Shown here piece after piece: positions 9,936 to 18,269 of a stretch of DNA of 64,000 nt; position 1 is the first letter of the stretch; each line of letters starts with the position of its first letter. A program made the translations under genes and the position numbers. The notes under the pieces are model-generated. The model had not been told where the DNA came from, made no database searches, and saw only the letters and a program-made list of their open reading frames with translations. The DNA comes from a virus. The stretch lies in the IMG/VR virus record IMGVR_UViG_3300009130_000002; one strand, 5' to 3'.

Positions 9936-10553
9936 CTAATGATTTGAGACTCCTAATAAATTTTGAGCCATATCATTTGCTTGCTTGAGTTCAGGAGTGC
10001 TGTTTCTTGGTTTCCAATTAAAGGTAACAGAAGTCTTAGGAAGACTTTGTGCTAATTCCAGAATCAAGTCTCTTTTGTGTTTCAATTTTTCATCATTACA
10101 TTTCTTATGACCGTTTAATTGATCTACGACCAGTAAACTGTCTGAAATTACATTAATAGGAACTGTGATATTTGCTCCACCACACAAATCTATTAGTGCT
10201 GATAAAGAGAAAAATATTGCATCATATTCTGCCTGATTGTTTGTGTTAGCTTTGCAAAAACGAGCAGTACTTAAGTTGGCTTGTTCTTTTTTTGCAAAAT
10301 CAATAACGAATCCAACAGCAGATGGACCCCCAGGATTTTTAAGAATAGAGGCATCACATGAAATAGTGATACAGTTACCATACAAAGAGTTGATTTTTTG
10401 AGGAAGTGGATCTTCCTCCTCTAACCCTAATGCTATTGTTTGTATTTTTTCTAAAAAATCATATGTGCTATTTAAAATTACTTTTGTAGAATTAAAATAG
10501 TCATCAATCATTGATGCTATAGCGAATAAGCGTTTATTTTCTTCGCTTTGCAT
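9936..10553 (-). CDS. rnhA: ribonuclease HI-like protein
   Basis: CDAS..NPGGPSAVG, TNNQAEYDA, ISDSLLVVDQLNG, WKPRNS..QAN: RNase HI acidic motifs. Confidence 0.85.
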   Translation of the reverse strand: MQSEENKRLFAIASMIDDYFNSTKVILNSTYDFLEKIQTIALGLEEEDPLPQKINSLYGNCITISCDASILKNPGGPSAVGFVIDFAKKEQANLSTARFCKANTNNQAEYDAIFFSLSALIDLCGGANITVPINVISDSLLVVDQLNGHKKCNDEKLKHKRDLILELAQSLPKTSVTFNWKPRNSTPELKQANDMAQNLLGVSNH

Positions 10554-10554
10554 T

Positions 10555-11076
10555 TCAGCCCCATTTTAACATTTGAGGAACTGCTGCTTGAAGCAGTTCT
10601 TTCATCACAATTAATTCATCTCCAGAAAGTGGAACTTGATGTGATTTGGTATTTCCTGCTGCAGTATAAGAAGCTCGAACCATACACCCATTAATTGTAC
10701 CTTTGGGAGATACAAGGTTAAGGTTCTTTTTAACTAGGCCCTGAGACTCGCTCTTTGCCCCTGGATCGTGCATAATGCTGCATTCTTGACCTGTGTATAG
10801 GGAATGAAGAATCTTCCCCACATCGGTCACTGAGAGCGCTAAAACAATCTTATTTTCCCAGTCATAAACATTTCGATCTTTAGTGCTGGTAATTTCCATG
10901 AAAATTGTTCCTTCTCGGATTTTCCATCCATCACGTAAGGAGCCATTTTCCATAGCTTCATATCCGGTATAATCTTTATTTTTACCAGAATAGAAATGTG
11001 GAGGTTGTAAATTCAATTGAATTGCTCCCCATTTTCCAGCCATCCCTTTGTAAATTGCATATTGTAGAGGTCTCAT
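10555..11076 (-). CDS. Whirly-like ssDNA-binding protein
   Basis: YAIYKG, EGTIFME, YDWENKIVLALSVTDVG, IMHDP and C-terminal PQMLKW align by eye with plant Whirly motifs YSIYKG, YDWSRKQVFSLSVTEIG, FFHDP, PYLLGW. Confidence 0.75.
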   Translation of the reverse strand: MRPLQYAIYKGMAGKWGAIQLNLQPPHFYSGKNKDYTGYEAMENGSLRDGWKIREGTIFMEITSTKDRNVYDWENKIVLALSVTDVGKILHSLYTGQECSIMHDPGAKSESQGLVKKNLNLVSPKGTINGCMVRASYTAAGNTKSHQVPLSGDELIVMKELLQAAVPQMLKWG

Positions 11077-11077
11077 T

Positions 11078-11416
11078 TTATTCCCTTTCTTTTATATTGG
11101 TTTTTTCGTAATCATTAAACCAGTTTGTAACTTCAAGTCCTTGAAGCATGAGTGCAGTTCCAACTGTAGGATCTGTGTAGTATTTCTTTTTGAGGCTATC
11201 TATATCTGGTCCTGTTGTTTGATGACCCTCAATAGCAGCCCCAAGGGAATAACCTAAATTTCCATAAACTACAAGTAATTCTCCTACTGTAGGACGATAT
11301 TCTTGAAATAATCCTAATAATTTTTCTAATAATTCAGAAGATCTTTCAGGATCAAATTGTAATGTTTTTTGTGGATTTTTATCTATTTTTGACATTAAAG
11401 TTCCAGTTGTTCCCAT
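11078..11416 (-). CDS. hypothetical protein
   Basis: 112-aa ORF; probable start at the second Met. Confidence 0.6.
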   Translation of the reverse strand: MGTTGTLMSKIDKNPQKTLQFDPERSSELLEKLLGLFQEYRPTVGELLVVYGNLGYSLGAAIEGHQTTGPDIDSLKKKYYTDPTVGTALMLQGLEVTNWFNDYEKTNIKERE

Positions 11417-11850
11417 CTGGCAGATTTATGATCTAAACCTATTTTAATTGTGTTACTAGCTTCAATTGCTTGACTTGCAGTCTTAAAAACTAAACATCTG
11501 TTTGTTAAGTCTTCTGCCAAACACTCTATAGAGCGGCTTTTAAGTAAAGGATTATCTTCTTCTGCATAAACAGAAGATACTTTATCAATTTCAGCTTTAA
11601 TTCTATTTTTCATCCAAATCCTAGTGTTTCTAGTTCTTTGAATTCTAAGACTTAGATAAAAGTTGCTTTTGATAGTATAAATAGAACCAACTTGATACCA
11701 CTCACCTTTTCTTAAGGTAAAAGAGGACATTCTCGAATGAAAGTCTGGAAATTTCTTTGAAACGAATTCTAGTTTCTGATTACCTGCAGAAGATATAACG
11801 TTATCAGTTAAAACTATAAAATCGTTTTTCTTAGGAATACAAATTTGCAT
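11395..11850 (-). CDS. hypothetical protein
   Basis: 151-aa ORF. Confidence 0.6.
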   Translation of the reverse strand: MQICIPKKNDFIVLTDNVISSAGNQKLEFVSKKFPDFHSRMSSFTLRKGEWYQVGSIYTIKSNFYLSLRIQRTRNTRIWMKNRIKAEIDKVSSVYAEEDNPLLKSRSIECLAEDLTNRCLVFKTASQAIEASNTIKIGLDHKSARWEQLEL

Positions 11851-11890
11851 AATTACAAGTATATACTTTTATGCAATTTTTTTGAAGAAT

Positions 11891-12592
11891 TTATTTTGCT
11901 TTCTTTCTAGACTTTTTTCTAGTGGTTTTTTTCTTTGGTCTAACTCTAGCTTCAGTAATTTGATCACAAAGACCATGAAGTTTCATCTCATTGGGGGTAA
12001 GCCAATTATCTGTTTCTTTCAATAAATTAGTTGTGATTTGAGCTTGAGTAGAATAACGGCTATGACGTAATAAATGATCTAAATCTTTTTGATATTCAAT
12101 GTCTTCTGCCTTACGGCTTGCTACTAATTCTGAATAATTTCCAGCTGTTCCAGTGGAAAATTCATGAATCATTGCTACGGAATTTGGAGACATGATTCTT
12201 TCATCCCCTGCAATGAAAATAGAAGTAGCCATTGAAGCAATTTCACCAATTGCAACTGTTCTAATTGGATTTTTAACAAATTCCATAATATCAATAAATG
12301 CCCATCCGGCATCTGTGTAACCACCAGGACTATTGATTAAAATTTGAATTGTATCTGTAAAATTTGGATTAAAGTGTAAAGTCAAAAGCTTCTTATAAGC
12401 TCTGTCTAGGGTAGCTTTAGTAATGATGCTGTTAATAAAGATAATACCTCTATCTTCTAGCTCTAAATTATCCCTAGCTTGCATGAGCTGAAGGAGTTCC
12501 AAAGGGAATTCCATTTGTTCTTGTTCTTCTTCTTGAACAAAATCACTATTTTCATTTTTTTCTTTTAATTTGGAGCTATGAATTCTAAGCAT
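11891..12592 (-). CDS. clpP: ClpP-like serine protease (S14)
   Basis: INSPGG, catalytic Ser in IASMA, catalytic His in MIHEF; basic C-terminal tail. Confidence 0.9.
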   Translation of the reverse strand: MLRIHSSKLKEKNENSDFVQEEEQEQMEFPLELLQLMQARDNLELEDRGIIFINSIITKATLDRAYKKLLTLHFNPNFTDTIQILINSPGGYTDAGWAFIDIMEFVKNPIRTVAIGEIASMATSIFIAGDERIMSPNSVAMIHEFSTGTAGNYSELVASRKAEDIEYQKDLDHLLRHSRYSTQAQITTNLLKETDNWLTPNEMKLHGLCDQITEARVRPKKKTTRKKSRKKAK

Positions 12593-12608
12593 TGTTTTTC
12601 CTTAATAA

Positions 12609-12887
12609 CTATACATTTGCCTTTGTGGGGTATGAGTCTGAATAAATTATTTTCACTGCACCTTCTTTTCGAACGGTCTTCCAATGAAATTGTGAAATAT
12701 CTTGTTCTTTATTTACGGAATCTCCTGATTTGAAGGTAACACCTTCGCTTAATTGTACAGGAATTTCCATTTCTACCCAACCTTCTTTTTCATCAAAGGA
12801 AATTGGATATTTAACTAATTTTTCGTCTAAAAGAACAGCAATAATCTTTCTTTCAGTTTGTTGTGTTTTTGTCATCGACAACTCCAC
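12609..12887 (-). CDS. hypothetical protein
   Basis: 92-aa ORF. Confidence 0.55.
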   Translation of the reverse strand: MELSMTKTQQTERKIIAVLLDEKLVKYPISFDEKEGWVEMEIPVQLSEGVTFKSGDSVNKEQDISQFHWKTVRKEGAVKIIYSDSYPTKANV

Positions 12888-13006
12888 CTAAGTCTACAAT
12901 AAATTTGTGAAATTGGTCAACCCATGTTTGATCTTTGTGATCAACATTCACAATTGGACTAGGTCCAGAATTTTCTGAATTTTTATCTTTTTTTTCATCT
13001 GGCATA

Positions 13007-13219
13007 TTAATCTCCCATATGTTTAATTTTAAAATAATTTGCTAAATCTTTGATTTTTTGAACAAAACTATCTAATTCGATTTTTTTCTTGTTTAAGTTT
13101 TGATTTTTATAGATGTAGTTTAAATAACTACTAGCTTGCGCAATTGTAAGGCCTAATTCGTCTTTTTCAATATCTTTAATGTTATTTTCTATAATTTTTT
13201 CAAGGTTAGGATCAGTCAT
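13007..13219 (-). CDS. hypothetical protein
   Basis: 70-aa ORF overlapping the desulfurase stop. Confidence 0.55.
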   Translation of the reverse strand: MTDPNLEKIIENNIKDIEKDELGLTIAQASSYLNYIYKNQNLNKKKIELDSFVQKIKDLANYFKIKHMGD

Positions 13220-14294
13220 AAAGTAATTCCTTAATAGTATTAGTTAATATAATTACACCTTTTTCAATTTCTTCCCATGTATTCTCAGGTGACAAAGAGA
13301 TACGAATTGTTGATAAAGCATCTTCTGGTTTTATCTTCATGGCAGACAAGACATGTGAAGGAACAATTTCTTTGGAATTACATGCAGATCCAGCAGATAC
13401 AGCAAGGCCTTTATCGCTTAATTCCATTAGTAATTCTGATGCATCAATTCCTTTAAATCTTATGCTCATTATTCCGGGAAGTCGCCGAATAGTTTTAATA
13501 TTATATTTATAATCTACTTTCAATTTTTTTATATAATGTGTTAATCGTTTTTTAAAGAACTGCTCTTTAAGTATTGCATCTATTTTTCTTTGATTAAGAT
13601 TTAAAGAAGCTAATGTTTTTGCAAATGCATAAGCTAAAGGCACTTGAGGAGTTCCTAAGTAAGGAAGCTCGAATTCAACATCGTTTTTTACCCATAAACA
13701 AGCAATCCCCTTTGGGGCTCCAAATTTGTGACCTGACATAGTTAAAAAGTCACATTGCATTTTTTGGACATCTATAGGTAATTTTCCAGCAGCTTGAACT
13801 GCATCTATATGATAAAGGGCTTTTTTGAGTTTTGGTTTTATAATATCAATTGGTTGAATTACGCCAGTTTCATTATTGACATAAAGAATAGAAAATAACT
13901 TTGTCTTATAAGTTATTTTATCCTGTAATTCTTTAATACAGATTAACCCATTATTTAAAGGGTTAATCATATTGTCTTCTCTGCTATATTTGTAGATAGA
14001 TTTATGTGCTGTATTCATGCAGATAAATGAGTCTGAAGACTGGGGCGCATATCTAAGGGCATTTTTTATTACGAAATAATTAGCTAAAGAGGCACTGCTC
14101 ATCCAGAAAATTTTTCCGTTATGTCCATTTATGTGATCTTTTACTAAATTCTCTGATTCTAGTAGGATTTTTTTCGCTTCAAGGCCTGAAGCATGTATGC
14201 TATTTGGATTAGCATAAGGAGCTTTTTCAATTGCAAGTAATGCAATTGGTTTAATAGGGGTTGTTGCTGCATGATCAAAATAGATCATATTCAA
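13212..14294 (-). CDS. iscS: cysteine desulfurase, IscS/NifS-like
   Basis: YFDHAATTP, NPNSIH, VNNETG, HIDAVQ, PLP-lysine SGHKF, catalytic Cys in SAGSAC, PSHVL..M. Confidence 0.9.
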   Translation of the reverse strand: MNMIYFDHAATTPIKPIALLAIEKAPYANPNSIHASGLEAKKILLESENLVKDHINGHNGKIFWMSSASLANYFVIKNALRYAPQSSDSFICMNTAHKSIYKYSREDNMINPLNNGLICIKELQDKITYKTKLFSILYVNNETGVIQPIDIIKPKLKKALYHIDAVQAAGKLPIDVQKMQCDFLTMSGHKFGAPKGIACLWVKNDVEFELPYLGTPQVPLAYAFAKTLASLNLNQRKIDAILKEQFFKKRLTHYIKKLKVDYKYNIKTIRRLPGIMSIRFKGIDASELLMELSDKGLAVSAGSACNSKEIVPSHVLSAMKIKPEDALSTIRISLSPENTWEEIEKGVIILTNTIKELLYD

Positions 14295-14300
14295 TACCTG

Positions 14301-14888
14301 TTATAAAAAATTCTGCCAATAATCATTTTGAACTCTATCAAAAGGTGTCCCTATATGTGATTTCCATTCTGGAGCAATAGGTTTTTTTAAAAGTTCCCAT
14401 CCAAGTTGATCAAGTGTTTGACTTCCTTTCCTACCATTACAGTATTTGCAGGAAGTTACAACATTTTCCCAATTACTTTTTCCACCTTTACTCTTCGGAT
14501 GTACGTGATCTAAAGTTTTAATACTTGTTTTGCAGTTTGTTCCACAATATTGGCACTTATTATTATCTCTTTTATAAATATTGTGTCGTGAATATTTAAC
14601 TGTTTTAATGATGTCAATTCCTGCATTAGTATCTATTTTGACAACACGAGGTATATAAATGCTAATAGAAGGAGAAGAGACCTTTCCAACATATTTTGAA
14701 GCTTCAAAAGGGAAACTATCTAATATTTTCGAATGCTCTACCCATTCTGTTAAATTTCTTACAGTGTACTGTTCATCTACTACGGTAGCTTTGCCAGTAT
14801 ATAGGGCGCAAATAGCATCTTTTGCTATCCCTACTTTTACAGCTAAAAAATACTTATTTAATATTAAAACTTCGCTACAGAGACTCAT
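14301..14888 (-). CDS. HNH endonuclease (McrA-like, zinc-binding)
   Basis: RHNIYKRDNNKCQYCG, TLDHVHPKSKGG, WENVVTSCKYCNGRKG; N-terminal VLILN motif. Confidence 0.92.
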   Translation of the reverse strand: MSLCSEVLILNKYFLAVKVGIAKDAICALYTGKATVVDEQYTVRNLTEWVEHSKILDSFPFEASKYVGKVSSPSISIYIPRVVKIDTNAGIDIIKTVKYSRHNIYKRDNNKCQYCGTNCKTSIKTLDHVHPKSKGGKSNWENVVTSCKYCNGRKGSQTLDQLGWELLKKPIAPEWKSHIGTPFDRVQNDYWQNFL

Positions 14889-15708
14889 ATCTTAATTTTT
14901 TGTGAAAAAAGTAATCGCTTAATTTATGGTAAGTAACTTCATCAATAGATCTTATATAGGCTAAATATCCTCTTGTTACAGGATCTATTTCTTCTTTATT
15001 TAAGGCAAGAGTGTTTAACCTTGCTCTTATTAGTCTTTTTATTTGTCTTCTAGAAATAGAATCAAGACTTACTCCTGCTACAATTTTAGCATCGTTATTG
15101 CCTCGACCATACCATTTTGTTTTCTTTTTATTGATTGGAAAGCCTGCGCTTTGAATCATTCCTTTGATTAACTCAATTAATCTCCATTCTCTTTCATTTG
15201 CTTTTGTAGATAAGTTTAAGTCGTCCATATATCTTGTATATGTGTAACCATTTCTACTAGCTGCTTGACTTACATAATAATCTACAGAAGTTAGAACAAT
15301 ATTGCATATAATTGGACTGGTTGGAGCCCCAGTTGGAAGCATTCCTCTTCCTTGCCATTGAATAAAACAATAATCTAAATTATTTAGCATTTTTTGTTTA
15401 ATAGCCCCATCTGGGAAATTATTATCAATAGCTTGATGTGCCATAAATGGAGTAATATTTTGATAGCAATTAGAAATATCTACTTTCAATAGATATTTTG
15501 CTCCTAAATGAGGAAGGGCAGCGTCAATAGGACCACTTCCCTTTTTACAAGAGCAAGCCTCATGTAGGGGGAAATGTTCATAAAGTTCTATTAGAGATTT
15601 TTGTTTTTGTTTAAGTTCTAGAGAAGGTTGTTGAATTAATCTTTTCTTAGGAGAGTTCTTTTGACCGATGTAATAAATATCATAATTTTTTTGGATTCTT
15701 TCTTCCAT
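14875..15708 (-). CDS. reverse transcriptase, retron-type
   Basis: KRLIQQPSLELKQKQ (RT0/1), DAALPHLG (region X NAxxH-like), KVDISNCYQNI (motif A), LPTGAPTSP (motif B), YTRYMDD (motif C), IVAGV (VTG-like region Y); 277 aa, RT domain only. Confidence 0.9.
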   Translation of the reverse strand: MEERIQKNYDIYYIGQKNSPKKRLIQQPSLELKQKQKSLIELYEHFPLHEACSCKKGSGPIDAALPHLGAKYLLKVDISNCYQNITPFMAHQAIDNNFPDGAIKQKMLNNLDYCFIQWQGRGMLPTGAPTSPIICNIVLTSVDYYVSQAASRNGYTYTRYMDDLNLSTKANEREWRLIELIKGMIQSAGFPINKKKTKWYGRGNNDAKIVAGVSLDSISRRQIKRLIRARLNTLALNKEEIDPVTRGYLAYIRSIDEVTYHKLSDYFFHKKLRYESL

Positions 15709-16075
15709 TTGATGAATTTCTCTTTTGATAGTTATTATTTCCAGGTCTTTTGCCTTTTTTGAAATTTTGTTTTCTTCTTTTCTTTTTCAAAAAAGGTTTT
15801 CGTTCTTTTTTCTGCATTAATTCTTTTAATGAAGAGCCTGCTTTCGCAGCTTTTAGACCAGTAATTCTTTCGTAACAAATAGCACAAACGTTTATTTCTT
15901 TTGCTATTTCCCAACCTTCGATTTCTTCAACAATGCCTCTCTTTTTACCCTTTCTTATAATTCTCTTATAAGTTTTGGGTCTTCTTTCGACAATAATTGA
16001 ATTTCTAGGCTGTCTAAGGGGAGTATTGGGAGTCCCCCCTTTTGATTTACAATGATGGGCTTGACATTTATACAC
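15680..16075 (-). CDS. small basic Cys/His protein (possible zinc ribbon)
   Basis: GTG start; CQAHHC and CAIC pairs; Lys/Arg-rich C-terminus; overlaps the RT start by 29 nt. Confidence 0.7.
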   Translation of the reverse strand: MYKCQAHHCKSKGGTPNTPLRQPRNSIIVERRPKTYKRIIRKGKKRGIVEEIEGWEIAKEINVCAICYERITGLKAAKAGSSLKELMQKKERKPFLKKKRRKQNFKKGKRPGNNNYQKRNSSNGRKNPKKL

Positions 16076-16603
16076 AATAATGATCTTTCTAAATCTAAAT
16101 GACCCTGAGGGAGGGAAAAAGATTCAAAGTAAATTTAGTTCTAAAAGCAAAGGTGGTCAAGCTTTATTTTTAGAGTGACCCAAAATTTTCTTTGAATTTG
16201 TTCTTTTTCCGTCTGACTCAGTTTGTTTAGAATTGGCCAGGTTAGAATTAATTAATAAATTAATTAATTATTACCCTGTCCCCGGAAAATTAATTAGTTT
16301 TGAAAACAGTTTAAACTGAATTCCTCTACCGGTTAATTTCCGGGAATTAGTCCCGAAGAATTGGTTTCCCAAAATAGGATTTATATCCCAACTATGGGAA
16401 ACCAATTCGGTTCGTAAGCTTACCTAGGTACCGGTACCTCCTCCTGATTAACCCCGATGGGTCTGCAGTAACTGGTAACCATGTCCTTAGGGTCTTAAAG
16501 AACTAAACCAAACTTTACCTAGATCATGAAGTAGGTTTCTTACCTAGTTCATGATCTAGTCTTGTGATCATCAGCTTAGCGAATACGCTTAGCTATTCTT
16601 ATT
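16076..16603 (-). ncRNA. candidate structured ncRNA (possible retron msr-msd)
   Basis: 528-bp gap without an ORF in the track; hairpins at 16354-16414, 16519-16559 and 16573-16594; long-range inverted repeats; upstream of the RT operon. Confidence 0.5.
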
Positions 16604-17122
16604 TTATTTAATTTTGTTCAATCCACAGGTGCATTTTGCTTTTCCGTGCAATCTGCCTACTGCTTTTTGCAGATAAATGTCGCAATTCGATTTGTGAGTT
16701 ACAAAGGGAAGAATTCCTTGTCTATACTCTTTTTGTTCTTTGTTCTTTATTGTAATTTTTTGCTTTAAAGATTTGATATCTTTGGAAGCAATTTTAATAA
16801 CTTCTACTAATTCTTGATTTTTTAATCTTTCATTAGTTAAGAGTTCTCTTAAGCTTATTACTTTTTGTTTATATTGATCAAGCATTGCAAAAGCTGAAGG
16901 GGGTGTGCTTTTCGGTAAACCAAACTCAGCTGCTAACAAACTAGAGGTATATTCCTTGTCATCTGGACTCCATTTCCAAGAATTAACAAATTGAGTTGGA
17001 TTTCTAAATTCATTTTTTTCATAATCAAATGTTGTATAATTACTCATATTTTGGACACCATGTGGAATGTGTTGTTTTTGCTTTTTCTCCTCCGCATTCA
17101 CAGCGAGGATTAAACTTATCAT
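16604..17122 (-). CDS. hypothetical coiled-coil protein with C-terminal Cys/His motif
   Basis: 172-aa ORF (true start probably an internal Met); HKSNC...KCTCG tail. Confidence 0.6.
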   Translation of the reverse strand: MISLILAVNAEEKKQKQHIPHGVQNMSNYTTFDYEKNEFRNPTQFVNSWKWSPDDKEYTSSLLAAEFGLPKSTPPSAFAMLDQYKQKVISLRELLTNERLKNQELVEVIKIASKDIKSLKQKITIKNKEQKEYRQGILPFVTHKSNCDIYLQKAVGRLHGKAKCTCGLNKIK

Positions 17123-17402
17123 TTTTTTCTTCAGCGAACCAATCGATAATGCATTCTTGAAGAAAACCTGTTCGCTTCCATTGATGGGGACTATAGAATG
17201 TTGATTGTTTATTAGGAAATTTTACTGTTTTTAAAGTTTTATTAGGAAATAATGAATCTACCAAAAAATAATATTCTGTTACTTCGGTAATTACGCCTTC
17301 TGCCCAATCTCCTGATTGACCAAAATCCCTATTGTTGAGCCATCGAGGTTTATATCCATTAGGATCAACTTCGAATTTAACATAATCACCTTCTCTAAAC
17401 AT
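17040..17402 (-). CDS. hypothetical protein
   Basis: 120 aa, C-terminal CECG...HSTWCP motif. Confidence 0.65.
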   Translation of the reverse strand: MFREGDYVKFEVDPNGYKPRWLNNRDFGQSGDWAEGVITEVTEYYFLVDSLFPNKTLKTVKFPNKQSTFYSPHQWKRTGFLQECIIDWFAEEKNDKFNPRCECGGEKAKTTHSTWCPKYE

Positions 17403-17414
17403 TTTACTCTCTTT

Positions 17415-17711
17415 TCATATGAGCCATGAGTCCCAACTATCATCTGCTTGTTGTTGTTCATCTAGATAGTCTTGTAATAATTTATAACCATTAACATCTG
17501 GAGGTTTTAAATCATCAGAACTTTTCTTTTTTAATTTGACTGGCTTATCAGTTACCTCATTTCTGAAACATTTAACTGGATTTCCGTCATAATCATGAAC
17601 TTTAACTAAAATATAACTTTCAGTGGAAAGAATTCGACCTTCCTTTCCTCCTAAGTTTGTGTTTTTATCCCAAAATGGATCTTTTAAATATACCCTATCT
17701 CCTTTTTTCAT
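17415..17711 (-). CDS. hypothetical protein (SH3/KOW-like N-terminus)
   Basis: MKKGDRVYLK start; GGGGTAAG RBS. Confidence 0.6.
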   Translation of the reverse strand: MKKGDRVYLKDPFWDKNTNLGGKEGRILSTESYILVKVHDYDGNPVKCFRNEVTDKPVKLKKKSSDDLKPPDVNGYKLLQDYLDEQQQADDSWDSWLI

Positions 17712-17752
17712 TACTTACCCCCTGTAAGTTAATGATAAAATAAGGATTAGAG

Positions 17753-18208
17753 TTATTCAACTAGATTTTGGAATCTATTTTTCTGGTTTGTGGTCATTTT
17801 CTGTTTTGCTTTTGGAAGTTCTTGAAATAGAGCTTCAATAGGCAAGGATTCATCTATTGTCTTATTCGGAGTGCGTGTATCGGGCGCATCAAGGACGACA
17901 GTGCTTGCAAAGATCGTATCTTTGAAAGTAACATAGCCCTTCTGCAATTTTGATTCTTTTAATCTTTTTGCAGATCTTTTTGCTGCCATTTCGGTAAAGA
18001 AAATACCTTTATGAGCAATAATTGGCTTATTCGCAGTCTTTTTTCCAAAGAATGTATAGATTTGAAAACCATCTTGAGAAGCTAATTTTTCTTGCCCAAT
18101 GATAGCTTCTCCTCTTTTTAGTTTCTGAATGAATATAGTATAAAATTTATTTGAACCGTCTGTAACCTTATGAAGGTTCGCATAAGGAGCCTGGATTTTT
18201 TCTGTCAT
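17753..18208 (-). CDS. WGR domain protein
   Basis: DGSNKFYTI...IYTFFGK...KRLKESKLQKGY. Confidence 0.75.
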   Translation of the reverse strand: MTEKIQAPYANLHKVTDGSNKFYTIFIQKLKRGEAIIGQEKLASQDGFQIYTFFGKKTANKPIIAHKGIFFTEMAAKRSAKRLKESKLQKGYVTFKDTIFASTVVLDAPDTRTPNKTIDESLPIEALFQELPKAKQKMTTNQKNRFQNLVE

Positions 18209-18269
18209 TAAAACACTCCCGCGTTACCATTGTTCGAATGGATAAAAAAATAAAAAAAAATTGATTTGA

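Noticed and set aside
14875-15708. Group II intron or diversity-generating retroelement
   Set aside because: No maturase/X domain, no domain V-like hairpin, no template/variable repeat pair or Avd gene seen; motifs are retron-like
16230-16600. Cloning-vector polylinker contamination
   Set aside because: No vector backbone, the order matches no multiple cloning site I recognise, and the sites are embedded in natural-looking hairpins contiguous with phage genes; read-level checking would still be prudent
16076-16603. CRISPR-like or evenly spaced repeat array next to the RT
   Set aside because: The only recurring word is TTACCTAG (16420, 16515, 16540), with uneven spacing; the structure is inverted-repeat based, not a repeat-spacer array
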